Shown: piece after piece, positions 28,725 to 38,292 of the stretch
Layout: each line of letters opens with the position of its first letter
How positions within the stretch are numbered: the stretch's first letter is position 1
NCBI GenBank assembly: GCA_934179675.1
Contig: CAKPQS010000001.1
Coordinates: 10,154 to 74,153 of the forward strand
DNA: 64,000 bases
Direction: 5' to 3'
From: an uncultured Bacilli bacterium
GTDB lineage: Bacteria; Bacillota_I; Bacilli_A; RF39; UBA660
Position numbers and translations under genes: made by a program
Notes under the pieces: generated by a model
Database searches by the model: none
What the model was told of the DNA's origin: nothing
Seen by the model: only the letters and a program-made list of their open reading frames with translations

Positions 28725-29547
28725 AAGGTAAAATTAAATCTCTTTTAGTAATTGGTATTCCAACTTCACCACAACTGATTTTTCCATCCAATTTAATTGT
28801 TGTCTTTAAAATATTAGCGAGCACTGTACTAGATACACCAGTAGTATATGAATTAATCAAGAAAAACAATGGTTTGTCACTTAATATTTTATTACATGCT
28901 TCAATTAAGATATATAAAGAATCTTCAAATTTCCAAACTTCACCATTTGGTCCTTTACCATAACTTGGCGGATCCATTATAATAGCATCATATTTGTTAC
29001 CTCTTCTATATTCTCTTTGAACAAATTTTAAACAATCATCACATATAAAACGAATACTATTATTTTCTAAATGTGACAATTTCATGTTTTCTTTTGCCCA
29101 TTCAATCATACCTTTTGATGCATCTACATGTACTACATTAGCACCGGCTTTACTACATGCCATTGTAGCACATCCAGTATATGCAAATAAATTAAGGACT
29201 TTAATTTTTCTGTTTGCCTTCGATATTTTATTAATCATATAATCCCAATTAACTGATTGTTCTGGAAAAATTCCCATATGTTTAAAATTTGTTGGACCAA
29301 CTTTGAATGTCAAATCTTTATAATTAATAGTAAAATATGGTGGAAATTTTGTAAAATATTCCCAATATCCGCCACCTTTATCACTTCTATGGTAGAAACC
29401 ATCTAAATTTTTATATTCATTTAAATTAGAATTCCACATTGCTTGTGGATCAGGTCTTCTTAATATAATTTTACCAAATCGTTCTATTTTTTCGCCATTA
29501 CCTGCATCAATACATTCATAATCTTTAAAATCTTTATTAATCAACAT
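28690..29547 (-). CDS. class I SAM-dependent RNA methyltransferase (RlmI/YwbD-like catalytic domain)
   Basis: LNLFAYTGCATMACSKAGANVVHVDASK (SAM motif I) and IMDPPSYGKG (motif IV DPP) are typical of RlmI-type m5C methyltransferases. It lacks the N-terminal PUA domain. Confidence 0.6.
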   Translation of the reverse strand: MLINKDFKDYECIDAGNGEKIERFGKIILRRPDPQAMWNSNLNEYKNLDGFYHRSDKGGGYWEYFTKFPPYFTINYKDLTFKVGPTNFKHMGIFPEQSVNWDYMINKISKANRKIKVLNLFAYTGCATMACSKAGANVVHVDASKGMIEWAKENMKLSHLENNSIRFICDDCLKFVQREYRRGNKYDAIIMDPPSYGKGPNGEVWKFEDSLYILIEACNKILSDKPLFFLINSYTTGVSSTVLANILKTTIKLDGKISCGEVGIPITKRDLILPCGIFGRWEEND

Positions 29548-29809
29548 CTAAATATTCCTCCAATTCTAATATTTCGTATTTAGTAATTATTTTAGGTATA
29601 TCATTTTCAAATCTAACTTTTACTATGTCATTTTTATTTAAAATATCACCATATACAATTTCTAAAGGAAAATCATATATTTTATTATTTACTTCTACTT
29701 TCCCAAAACAATTATTAATATCTACAATACTACCTTCTAAAATCACAGTTATCACCTTTTCATATATAATTTTATCAAAATAGCAAAAATATATCAACAA
29801 AAAACCCAA
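29537..29809 (-). CDS. small ORF (90 aa), possibly the detached N-terminal PUA-like part of the RlmI-like methyltransferase
   Basis: Overlaps the methyltransferase start by 11 nt. The beta-rich sequence (GKVEVNNKIYDFPLEIVYGD) has the right size for a PUA/EVE-like module. Either a split gene or a frameshift. Confidence 0.3.
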   Translation of the reverse strand: MGFLLIYFCYFDKIIYEKVITVILEGSIVDINNCFGKVEVNNKIYDFPLEIVYGDILNKNDIVKVRFENDIPKIITKYEILELEEYLDVD

Positions 29810-29844
29810 TAATATAAATTATTGAGTTTAACAATTCTACAAAA

Positions 29845-30258
29845 TTATCTCTTAGAGAATTGTGGTGCACGACGAGCAGCTTTAAGTCCTGGTTTTTTAC
29901 GTTCTTTTTTACGAGAATCACGAGTAACAAATCCAGCTACTTTTAATAATTTACGATAACTATTTTCATTACCTTCGTTTACTTTATCATATTCTAATAA
30001 AGCACGAGTAATACCTAAACGAATTGCACCAGTTTGTCCTGTAAATCCGCCACCTTTAACAACTACATCAATATCAAATGTATTTTCATTATTAGTTGCA
30101 ACAAGTGGTTGTTTTAAGTCCATAACGTTAGTTTCATAAGGAAAGAAATCATGAACGTCACGACCATTAACAGTAATTTTACCTGTTCCAGGTACCATTC
30201 TAACTTGCGCTACAGAAGATTTTCTGCGGCCAGTTCCAATAAATAATCTTTCTGCCAT
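29845..30258 (-). CDS. rpsI: 30S ribosomal protein S9
   Basis: 137 aa; the C-terminal [14 protein letters not shown] and [19 protein letters not shown] are uS9 signatures. Confidence 0.9.
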   Translation of the reverse strand: MAERLFIGTGRRKSSVAQVRMVPGTGKITVNGRDVHDFFPYETNVMDLKQPLVATNNENTFDIDVVVKGGGFTGQTGAIRLGITRALLEYDKVNEGNENSYRKLLKVAGFVTRDSRKKERKKPGLKAARRAPQFSKR

Positions 30259-30266
30259 ACTTCCTC

Positions 30267-30701
30267 CTATTTAACTTCCATTTTAATTGGTTTTTGAGCA
30301 GCATGAGGATGATTTTCTCCCTCATATACAAATAATTTTGTATACATTTGACGTCCTAAACGTCCTTTTGGAAGCATACCTTTTACAGCTCTTTCAACCA
30401 TTTCTACTGGATATTTTTCTTTCATAACTCTAGCAGTTCTTTCACGAAGACCACCAGTATAACCACTATGGTTATAATACATTTTGTTATCTAACTTATC
30501 TCCAGTTAAATTTACTTTTGAAGCATTAACAACTATTACACAATCTCCACAATCAACATGAGGTGTAAAAGTTGGTTTATGCTTTCCACGTAAAACATGA
30601 GCAACTTTTGTAGCTAATCTACCTAAATTAACATCAGTAGCATCAATTACATACCAATCACGTTTTACATCTTCTGCTCTTTGCATATAACTATTTTTCA
30701 T
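30267..30701 (-). CDS. rplM: 50S ribosomal protein L13
   Basis: 144 aa; [40 protein letters not shown] is a classic uL13 N-terminus. Confidence 0.9.
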   Translation of the reverse strand: MKNSYMQRAEDVKRDWYVIDATDVNLGRLATKVAHVLRGKHKPTFTPHVDCGDCVIVVNASKVNLTGDKLDNKMYYNHSGYTGGLRERTARVMKEKYPVEMVERAVKGMLPKGRLGRQMYTKLFVYEGENHPHAAQKPIKMEVK

Positions 30702-30832
30702 ATTTTTCCCTTTCTAATTTTAATCAGATTGTCCCAAGATCTGATTTAATGGGCTTAATAAAATGTACCAGTTAAGATTATAGTAAATTACTGTTTGTTT
30801 GTCAAGTTAAATTAATATAATTTATTTGGAAA

Positions 30833-31558
30833 TTAACTATAATTAACGTTAACTAAATATAAACCATTACTTGAAGCACAAATTCCTGCTTTTTTTCTAT
30901 CTTTAGCATCTAATATTTTTTGAACATCAAAAATATTCTTACTTCCATTTCCAACTTCTATTAATGCTCCAACTATATTTCTTACCATATATTTTAAAAA
31001 CCCATTTCCTATAAAGTCAATTGAAATTATATCATTTTCAATGGTAATATTTATACTATAAATAATTCGTGTACAGTCTTTTTCGTAGTCTAGTGAAGTA
31101 AAGGATCTAAAATCGTGTTTGCCAATAAATATTTTTGCTGTTTCTTGCATTTTTGCTATATCAAGTTTTTCATTATATTGATATACATATTCTTCTTCAA
31201 TTGGATTAAAAATTCCTATATTTATTTTATAAAGATATTCTTTTGAAATTGCACTATATCTTGCATGAAAATCTTCAGAAACAGAATACAATTCTTTAAT
31301 ATAAATATTTTTCAACAAACAATTTAAAGAATGTCTTAATTTAACAAAACTTAATTTCTTTTGACTATCAAAATGTAAACATTGATTATAAGCATGTACG
31401 CCAGCATCAGTTCTTCCAGATGCAACTACTCTAATTTTCTCATTAAATATTTGACTTAAAACATTTTCAATATCACCTTGAACAGTCCTTTTATTAATTT
31501 GTTTTTGATAACCATTAAATTTTGAACCGTTATAACTAAATTTCATAAAATATCTCAT
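30833..31558 (-). CDS. truA: tRNA pseudouridine(38-40) synthase TruA
   Basis: ASGRTDAGVHAYNQ catalytic-Asp motif; 241 aa; conserved position upstream of rplM-rpsI. Confidence 0.85.
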   Translation of the reverse strand: MRYFMKFSYNGSKFNGYQKQINKRTVQGDIENVLSQIFNEKIRVVASGRTDAGVHAYNQCLHFDSQKKLSFVKLRHSLNCLLKNIYIKELYSVSEDFHARYSAISKEYLYKINIGIFNPIEEEYVYQYNEKLDIAKMQETAKIFIGKHDFRSFTSLDYEKDCTRIIYSINITIENDIISIDFIGNGFLKYMVRNIVGALIEVGNGSKNIFDVQKILDAKDRKKAGICASSNGLYLVNVNYS

Positions 31559-32160
31559 TTATATACCTCCAAAAGAAAACAAAAAACAAAACTTACAATA
31601 TGTAAAAAAACAAATAAATAATCATATAAATTAGTTTTGGATGATTTTATATTATAATTTTTTAAATTTTCATATTTTGTGTAATTTATATTTTTAAAAG
31701 ATAAGTATAATGAATTTATTATATTTCTTTTCCCATACATTGAATAATTAGTTTTTATATATAATTTAAAATTATTTTTAATAATTTTATATTTGTAAAA
31801 ATATTTGAATAATTTATGTTTAAATATTTTGTAAAAAGAATTATCTAAATCTAAATAATTATTTGTATATAATAAATACTTTATATAAGAAAAAATTAAC
31901 AAAAATTGAAAAATATAAATAAATTGTAAATGACAAATTATAGATGTCAATAATATAATTATAAAATCAAAAAAATCAATTTTATAAATTTTAAAGTTTA
32001 TTTTGCTACGCAAATTAATAAATAATAAAATACAAAAAAGTAATATTATTCCTAAATAATCATGGGCTAATAAACTTGACAAAAAGAAAAACAAAAAAGA
32101 TATAATCTTAAAATAAGATGGAACTAAAAAAACTATACTATTCTTCAAATCTATACACAT
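31555..32160 (-). CDS. hypothetical polytopic membrane protein (in the ecfT position; highly divergent)
   Basis: Hydrophobic, extremely AT-rich ORF. It occupies the ecfT slot upstream of truA in the conserved Firmicutes ecfA-ecfA'-ecfT-truA-rplM-rpsI arrangement, but no EcfT motif is recognisable. Confidence 0.3.
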   Translation of the reverse strand: MCIDLKNSIVFLVPSYFKIISFLFFFLSSLLAHDYLGIILLFCILLFINLRSKINFKIYKIDFFDFIIILLTSIICHLQFIYIFQFLLIFSYIKYLLYTNNYLDLDNSFYKIFKHKLFKYFYKYKIIKNNFKLYIKTNYSMYGKRNIINSLYLSFKNINYTKYENLKNYNIKSSKTNLYDYLFVFLHIVSFVFCFLLEVYK

Positions 32161-32689
32161 CCTTTGCTAAATCAGCAACATTATTACGATATATTCCTAT
32201 TTTTTTATTTTTGTATTTTTCAATTTTTTGAGCAAATTCAATGCAAAAAGGAACATTATTTTTTTTATTTTTAAATATATCAATTATATTGCCAGTTCCT
32301 TCTTCACAAATGACATAATCACATAAATCAAGTAATATTTCAGTATTTTTTGAACAAATTATAATTTTGCATACTTTATTTTTTTTTATTGTTCTAAATA
32401 AAATTTGTAATTTTTTTATATCATCATATTCAAAATCACAAAACATATTTTTAAATATTATATATTCTGGTTTTTTTAGTAAATAAGAATTAAAAACAAT
32501 TAAAAATTTTTCATAATATGTTAAATTTTTTTTATCAAAAGTGCTAATATCAATATATTCTGACGACTTATAATTTTTTTTTGAAATACATAATAATTGT
32601 TTTTCTATATCACAAATGACATTTCCATCAATTAAATTTTCATCTAATGTAAAACCATTTATAATTCCATCAAATTGATATTTATTCAT
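32138..32689 (-). CDS. hypothetical protein (degenerate EcfA'-like remnant?)
   Basis: 183-aa ORF in the ecfA' slot; weak ABC-like C-terminal pattern only; no Walker motifs. Confidence 0.3.
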   Translation of the reverse strand: MNKYQFDGIINGFTLDENLIDGNVICDIEKQLLCISKKNYKSSEYIDISTFDKKNLTYYEKFLIVFNSYLLKKPEYIIFKNMFCDFEYDDIKKLQILFRTIKKNKVCKIIICSKNTEILLDLCDYVICEEGTGNIIDIFKNKKNNVPFCIEFAQKIEKYKNKKIGIYRNNVADLAKDVYRFEE

Positions 32690-33369
32690 AAATTAAAAAT
32701 TACCTCATCCATATCTATACTTTTTTCTTTTAATATGCCATAATTAATAAGTCTATCACATAAATCAACAATTTTAACATCCGTTATTTCGTTAACTGAA
32801 CAAACGCTAAAATCTTTTTTTATAATTTGTTTTGAATATAATAATTCTTCAGGATTAGTCGTAAAATTTAAAACAATTATATTGTTTTCTATAAGCAAAG
32901 AATAAATTTTATTTCTATCATCTATACTTAAAAAACATAAAACATTATTTAAATAAATAAATTTAAATCTTTTTAATATACCATATAGTATAGAAACTAT
33001 AATTTTTTTATCAAAAGGAATATCATCAATATTTATATATTTATAATTAGATAATTCAAATTTTATAATATACTCGTCTATTAATTTGATATTTTCACTT
33101 CCAAGTAAAAATTCATTATATAAATTATTAGAAACAAAATAAAAATTTTTATCAACATAATATAATTTATTTTTTAAATTATAAATATTATTTTTACTCA
33201 AAAAATTACCATCTATATTTATATAACCCTCATAATCTTCATAACCCATTAAAATAGGTATTAATGTATCACCTGAAAAATAAAATGAATTCCACTTTTC
33301 AGATATACAAAATGAAGCATTTTTAATTACATTTTGATATTTTAAATTATGTACATCAATATATTTCAT
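32686..33369 (-). CDS. degenerate ABC-ATPase-like protein (EcfA-like with catalytic motifs lost)
   Basis: The register matches ECF-type ABC ATPases (IDVHNLKY...ASFCISEK...FSGDT where the GxxGxGKST Walker A should be; LYGILKRF for the LSGGQ signature; IYLNNVLCFLSID for the Walker B DEPTS), so the catalytic residues have been replaced. Confidence 0.4.
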   Translation of the reverse strand: MKYIDVHNLKYQNVIKNASFCISEKWNSFYFSGDTLIPILMGYEDYEGYINIDGNFLSKNNIYNLKNKLYYVDKNFYFVSNNLYNEFLLGSENIKLIDEYIIKFELSNYKYINIDDIPFDKKIIVSILYGILKRFKFIYLNNVLCFLSIDDRNKIYSLLIENNIIVLNFTTNPEELLYSKQIIKKDFSVCSVNEITDVKIVDLCDRLINYGILKEKSIDMDEVIFNL

Positions 33370-33432
33370 AATATCCCCACTTAATTATATCAAATAATTA
33401 AAAGGAAATAAATAAAAAAAGAACCGAAGTTC

Positions 33433-33651
33433 TTATTTAACAAAAGGTATTAAAGCCATAAAACGTGCTTTTTTTACTTCACCAGCGATAAATCTTTGAT
33501 GTTTAGCACATGCTCCTGTAATACGACGAGGTAAAATTTTACCTTTATCAGAGCTTACATATCTTTTAATTACATCAACATCTTTATAATCAACTGTTTT
33601 ACCAGCACACATTTGACAAACCTTTTTCTTTTTTCTAAAAAATTCTGCCAT
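33433..33651 (-). CDS. rpsR: 30S ribosomal protein S18
   Basis: [11 protein letters not shown]...[33 protein letters not shown] is the bS18 pattern; 72 aa. Confidence 0.85.
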   Translation of the reverse strand: MAEFFRKKKKVCQMCAGKTVDYKDVDVIKRYVSSDKGKILPRRITGACAKHQRFIAGEVKKARFMALIPFVK

Positions 33652-33659
33652 ATTTTCTC

Positions 33660-34085
33660 CTATTCTAGGAAATTATCATCTATGGAAACGCTTTCTCCAA
33701 ATTCGCTATAAGTATCATTACTCAAGTCAGTACCTTCAGGACTAGACATCATGCTATCATTACTTCTTTGAGATTTTGAATCAAGGAATTGTACATTATC
33801 TGCAACTACTTCAAAAGAAGTGCGATTATTTCCATCTTTATCAGTATAACTTCCAGTTTGTATTCTGCCCTCTATAGCAACTTGGCTTCCTTTATCCAAA
33901 AAGTTACATACATTTTCTGCTTGTTTTCTCCAAACAAGTATGTTAATGAAATCAGCAACTCTTTCACCATTATTGCTAAATGGACGGTTAATTGCTACAC
34001 TAAAACGTGTAAATGGTATTCCAGAACTAGTTGTTCTTAATTCTGGTTTGATCGTTATACGACCAACTAATAATGCTTTATTCAT
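33660..34085 (-). CDS. ssb: Single-stranded DNA-binding protein
   Basis: [38 protein letters not shown]-fold N-terminus and an acidic C-terminal tail (DDNFLE-like ...IDDNFLE). Confidence 0.85.
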   Translation of the reverse strand: MNKALLVGRITIKPELRTTSSGIPFTRFSVAINRPFSNNGERVADFINILVWRKQAENVCNFLDKGSQVAIEGRIQTGSYTDKDGNNRTSFEVVADNVQFLDSKSQRSNDSMMSSPEGTDLSNDTYSEFGESVSIDDNFLE

Positions 34086-34087
34086 AA

Positions 34088-34378
34088 TTATTCTCCTACT
34101 TTTGTTATTAAATGACGTACGATATCAGCATCAATAGTAGCAAGTCTATTAAATTCGTTTACAGAATTTTCATTATCTGTTTCAAAATTTAAAACGAAAT
34201 AATGTCCTGATTTAAGCTTTTTGATTTCATAAGCTAATTCTCTTTGTCCCATATCAGTTTCACCTGTAATAGATGCTTTATTATCAGTTAATACTTTTTT
34301 ATATTTGTTAAAAACAGCAGTAACTTCTTCTTCTGATAAAGTAGGTTTTACAATAAACATAACTTCATACTTTTTCAA
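34088..34378 (-). CDS. rpsF: 30S ribosomal protein S6
   Basis: (M)KKYEVMFIVKPTLSEEE...MGQRELAYEIKKLKSGHYFVLNFE is bS6. It apparently starts with TTG, behind a GGAGGTG RBS. Confidence 0.85.
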   Translation of the reverse strand: MKKYEVMFIVKPTLSEEEVTAVFNKYKKVLTDNKASITGETDMGQRELAYEIKKLKSGHYFVLNFETDNENSVNEFNRLATIDADIVRHLITKVGE

Positions 34379-34449
34379 TCTAATTCACCTCCTCATGGTC
34401 AATGGCTTTGCACTAGACAAAGCAAGGAGTAAATAAATACTCGTTTAAG

Positions 34450-34478
34450 ATTATAGCAGAAAAAAAAAGACTTGTAAA
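34450..34478 (-). promoter_or_regulatory. near-consensus sigma-A promoter for the rpsF-ssb-rpsR operon
   Basis: TTTACA-17 nt-TATAAT on the minus strand. It is followed by a leader containing the hairpin GCTTTGtctagtgCAAAGC, a possible S6:S18 autoregulatory leader. Confidence 0.45.
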
Positions 34479-34519
34479 CATCATATCAAAAATTTTATGA
34501 TTTTTTATCAAGTCCAACT

Positions 34520-35623
34520 TTATTTTGTGACATTAAACCTAAAATAACAAATATCTCCATCTTGCATAATATATTCTTTTCCTTCAAGACGAAGTTTACC
34601 TGCTTCTTTAACAGCTTTTTCACTTCCAAGTTCTTTTAAATCACCAAAACTCATTACTTCAGCCTTAATAAATCCTCTTTCAAAATCAGAATGAATAATT
34701 CCTGCGCATTCTGGTGCTTTCATTCCGTTTTTAAAAGTCCATGCTCTTACTTCATCAGTTCCAGATGTAAAAAAAGTTTTTAAGCCAAGTAAACCATATA
34801 AAGACTTAATTAATTTATCAAGTCCACTTTCGCTAATGCCTAAATCATCTAAAAATACTGTCCTATCTTCTAAAGATAGTGTTGATAATTCTTCTTCTAT
34901 TTTTGCACATACAACAATTACATCAGCTTGATCTTTTAATGCATATTCTTTTACCATATCAACATATTTATTAGTATTTAAAATATCTTTTTCTTCAATA
35001 TTAGCCATATAAACAATTGGTTTAGAAGACAATAAAGAAAATGATTTAATCATAAATAATTCTTCCTCATTTAAATCTAAATGTCTAACTGGTATATTTT
35101 CTTCTAATCCATTTCTTATTTTTTTTAAAAGTTCAACTTCTTTTAAAGATTCTTTATCCTTTGCCATAACAGCTTTTTTTTCAATTCTAGCAAGTCTTGA
35201 TGTAACAATTTCTAAATCAGATAACATTAATTCTACACTAATTGTTTCAATATCTCTTATTGGATCAACATTTCCACTTACATGAATTATATTATCATCA
35301 TCAAAACATCTAACAACTTCACATATAGCATCTACTTCTCTAATATGCGATAAAAATTTATTACCTAGTCCTTCACCAGTAGATGCACCTTTTACCAATC
35401 CTGCAATATCAGTAAATTCTAAAGAAGTAGGAACTAGAGATTTTGGTTTATACATTTCATTTAAAAAATCCAATCTTTTATCTGGTACAGCAACCATACC
35501 TACATTTGGTTCTATTGTTGCAAATGGATAATTTGCTGCTAATATATTATTACTAGTTAAAGCATTAAATAAAGTTGATTTACCAACATTAGGTAATCCA
35601 ACAATTCCAACGGTTAAACCCAT
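34520..35623 (-). CDS. ychF: Ribosome-binding ATPase YchF (Obg-family GTPase)
   Basis: GIVGLPNVGKSTLFNALT G1 motif, DIAGLVKGAS, and a C-terminal TGS domain; 367 aa. Confidence 0.9.
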   Translation of the reverse strand: MGLTVGIVGLPNVGKSTLFNALTSNNILAANYPFATIEPNVGMVAVPDKRLDFLNEMYKPKSLVPTSLEFTDIAGLVKGASTGEGLGNKFLSHIREVDAICEVVRCFDDDNIIHVSGNVDPIRDIETISVELMLSDLEIVTSRLARIEKKAVMAKDKESLKEVELLKKIRNGLEENIPVRHLDLNEEELFMIKSFSLLSSKPIVYMANIEEKDILNTNKYVDMVKEYALKDQADVIVVCAKIEEELSTLSLEDRTVFLDDLGISESGLDKLIKSLYGLLGLKTFFTSGTDEVRAWTFKNGMKAPECAGIIHSDFERGFIKAEVMSFGDLKELGSEKAVKEAGKLRLEGKEYIMQDGDICYFRFNVTK

Positions 35624-35714
35624 TTAAATCACCCTTTCAAACTAATTGCTATTATACACTATTTTTTTAAAATAGTACATATAAAGTCAAAAAAACAGAT
35701 AATAAATCTGTTTT

Positions 35715-37217
35715 CTATAAAGTTAAACTAGTTCCAATTCCAAGTGGTAATCCTATAACATACCAGCCAACTAAAATTAATATCCATGTAACAACAAGTA
35801 ATAAAATAGGAACTATTATACTTTTTATTGTACCAAAAATTGTTATTTTTTTATTTTCGTTATATTTTTCAAGATATCCAAGAAAAACTATAAAATAACC
35901 AAATATAGGAGTAATTGCTTTACCAACCCCATCTGCCGCAGTAAAAATAAATTGTGTAAATGATGGAACAATGTTACTTTTCATAAAAAGCGGAACAATA
36001 GTTGGTGCGCATATAGACCATTTACTAATCGCACTTGGCATAACAAATGTCATAATAACAATAATTAAGAAAAATGTAACAATTAAAGGAACACCTGAAA
36101 ATTCGATTAAACCCAATAAATTTGATAAATTAGTGGCAATTACTACATCCAAATTAGTCCATTCTAATATACCAATTAATTGAGATGTAAAAAACATTAA
36201 GATAAAAACATAGCCCAAATTTTCAAATGATGATGAAATACCAACACTGTATTCCGTTGTATTTTTTACATTCTTTGATATATCACCATATACATAACCA
36301 CATATTAACATAATTAAAATAAATATATATAAAAACCCTGCATAAAATGGTGATGATGAACTAAATAGTTTACTAACATAATTAACACCACTATTATCAA
36401 GTAAAAATCCTAATGGTTTAATTGGGATTATTCCTAATATAACAACTAACAATAAAACAAGAAAAGTAATTAAAGTAATTGTATTAGCTCGTCTATCAAC
36501 AATTAATTCATCGTCATCGTAAAAAGTTCTTTTGAAATTAACTGCTACGTATTTTTCAATAACAACTGTTCCTACTAAACTAATTAATAATGTACTGAAT
36601 AACATAATATATAAATTAGACCACATATTATATTTATTACTTAATTTAAACGAAGCTTTTACAGCATCAAGTGTTAAAACACTCAAATCATAATCATTTG
36701 CATTTACAAGTATGCCTGTTCCATAGCCAATACAAATGCCTAAAAAAGCTGTAATAACACCTACCATTGAATTTCTATTAGTATACTTATACAAAATACC
36801 AGCTAATGGAATTAAAATAACAAAACTATATTCTCCTATTACAGAAGATATAACCCCTAAAAAGAAAACAATAAAAGTAATTACAGGTGATTTTAATTTT
36901 TTTAATGGTGTGAATAATGCTTTAAATAGTCCTGATCTCTCTCCTATTCCAATACCAATTAAAGATATAATAAGTAAAAATAATGGATTAAATAATTTAA
37001 AATTAGTAACAACACTTGTTAAAATATATTTAAATCCTGATGGCGTAAATATATTTTGAACAGAAACTAATGATGTAGTTAATGTACCATTAATAATTTC
37101 TGTCTTTTCTCCCTGAAATTCTAATATTGAGCAAACAGAACTTAAGGCTATAACAATTACTGTTAAAATTAAAATAACAACAACCGGCCCAATTCCTTTT
37201 GTATTTTTTTTAAACAT
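35715..37217 (-). CDS. AbgT/MtrF-family transporter (putative)
   Basis: 500 aa, ~12 TM. The N-terminal FNPLFLLIISLIGIGIGERSGLF resembles the AbgT signature PLGvVLvamlGvGvAEksGL. Confidence 0.5.
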   Translation of the reverse strand: MFKKNTKGIGPVVVILILTVIVIALSSVCSILEFQGEKTEIINGTLTTSLVSVQNIFTPSGFKYILTSVVTNFKLFNPLFLLIISLIGIGIGERSGLFKALFTPLKKLKSPVITFIVFFLGVISSVIGEYSFVILIPLAGILYKYTNRNSMVGVITAFLGICIGYGTGILVNANDYDLSVLTLDAVKASFKLSNKYNMWSNLYIMLFSTLLISLVGTVVIEKYVAVNFKRTFYDDDELIVDRRANTITLITFLVLLLVVILGIIPIKPLGFLLDNSGVNYVSKLFSSSSPFYAGFLYIFILIMLICGYVYGDISKNVKNTTEYSVGISSSFENLGYVFILMFFTSQLIGILEWTNLDVVIATNLSNLLGLIEFSGVPLIVTFFLIIVIMTFVMPSAISKWSICAPTIVPLFMKSNIVPSFTQFIFTAADGVGKAITPIFGYFIVFLGYLEKYNENKKITIFGTIKSIIVPILLLVVTWILILVGWYVIGLPLGIGTSLTL

Positions 37218-37226
37218 CCTTGCCTC

Positions 37227-37421
37227 CTAATAAGACTCTATTTTTTTTATTCTTTTATTAAAATCAATCCTTGGAAGCATTACTAAATGGCCACATTCTA
37301 AACACTTAATTTTTATGTCTGCGCCCATTCTAACAACTTCAAATTTGTTTCCACCACAAGGATGATTTTTTTTCATAATTACTATACTACCTAATTTATA
37401 TTCCTTCATATTATCACTCAT
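37227..37421 (-). CDS. DUF951 (YyzM-like) small zinc-ribbon protein
   Basis: 64 aa; LGSIVIMKKNHPCGGNKFEVVRMGADIKIKCLECGH matches the DUF951 family encoded downstream of spo0J in Bacillus. Confidence 0.6.
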   Translation of the reverse strand: MSDNMKEYKLGSIVIMKKNHPCGGNKFEVVRMGADIKIKCLECGHLVMLPRIDFNKRIKKIESY

Positions 37422-38292
37422 TGTATTTAATTATTTCTAATATTCTGTTTAAATCAGCTATATTATTAAACTTAATTTCTATTTTATTATCACGAATTTT
37501 AACTTTTGTATCAAATTTTTCCATTAAATTATTTTCAATATCACGAAGATTAGGATCAACTGATTCTACATGTTTATGATTTTTGACTTTTCTTTCAAAA
37601 CTATCATCTATCATTCTTTCCAAATCACGAACACTTAAATCATTGTCAACGATTTTATTTGCAAGTTCAGCAATTTTTTTATTATCTTCTAATTTACTTA
37701 ATACTCTAGCATGTCCCATAGATAATTTACCAAATTTTAATAATGATTGCACATCATCTGGTAATCTTAAAATACCTAAAATATTAGTGATATGGCTTCT
37801 GCTTTTTCCTACTTTAACTGATAATTCTTCTTGTGTTAATGATAATCTTTCAAGCATTAATTTATAAGCTTTTGCTTCTTCTATAATGTTCAAATTTTCT
37901 CTTTGTAAATTTTCAAGTAAAGCAATACTCATCATTTGATCATCAGTGAATGTTCTTATAATTGCTGGTATAGTTTTTAATCCAGCAATACGACTAGCAC
38001 GAACTCTTCTTTCGCCAGCTATAATTTCATATCCTTTTATACTTTTTTTAACAATAATAGGTTGAAATACACCATTTTCTTTAATTGATGAAGCTAAATC
38101 ATTTAAGGCTTCTTCATTAAAATTTATACGTGGTTGATAAGGATTTGGTCTCAACTCATCTAAATTTAACTCGACAATTTCTTCACTTGATGTTGATTCA
38201 TATATTTTTTTTTCAAATGAAGCAATATCTATATTATCGCCATTAAATAATTGTTCTAATCCCATTCCTAAAGCTTTTTTCTTAGTTTCCAT
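37414..38292 (-). CDS. parB: Chromosome partitioning protein ParB (Spo0J)
   Basis: LRPNPYQPR (ParB box I), IIAGERRVRAS (box II GERRxRA), an HTH and a C-terminal dimerisation region; 292 aa; directly downstream of parA. Confidence 0.8.
   Translation of the reverse strand: METKKKALGMGLEQLFNGDNIDIASFEKKIYESTSSEEIVELNLDELRPNPYQPRINFNEEALNDLASSIKENGVFQPIIVKKSIKGYEIIAGERRVRASRIAGLKTIPAIIRTFTDDQMMSIALLENLQRENLNIIEEAKAYKLMLERLSLTQEELSVKVGKSRSHITNILGILRLPDDVQSLLKFGKLSMGHARVLSKLEDNKKIAELANKIVDNDLSVRDLERMIDDSFERKVKNHKHVESVDPNLRDIENNLMEKFDTKVKIRDNKIEIKFNNIADLNRILEIIKYNE

Noticed and set aside
33789-34137. Two plus-strand ORFs of 83 and 65 aa.
   Set aside because: They are antisense to ssb/rpsF, which are unambiguous on the minus strand.
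35971-37059. Plus-strand ORFs of 70 and 107 aa.
   Set aside because: They are antisense within the AbgT-family transporter gene.
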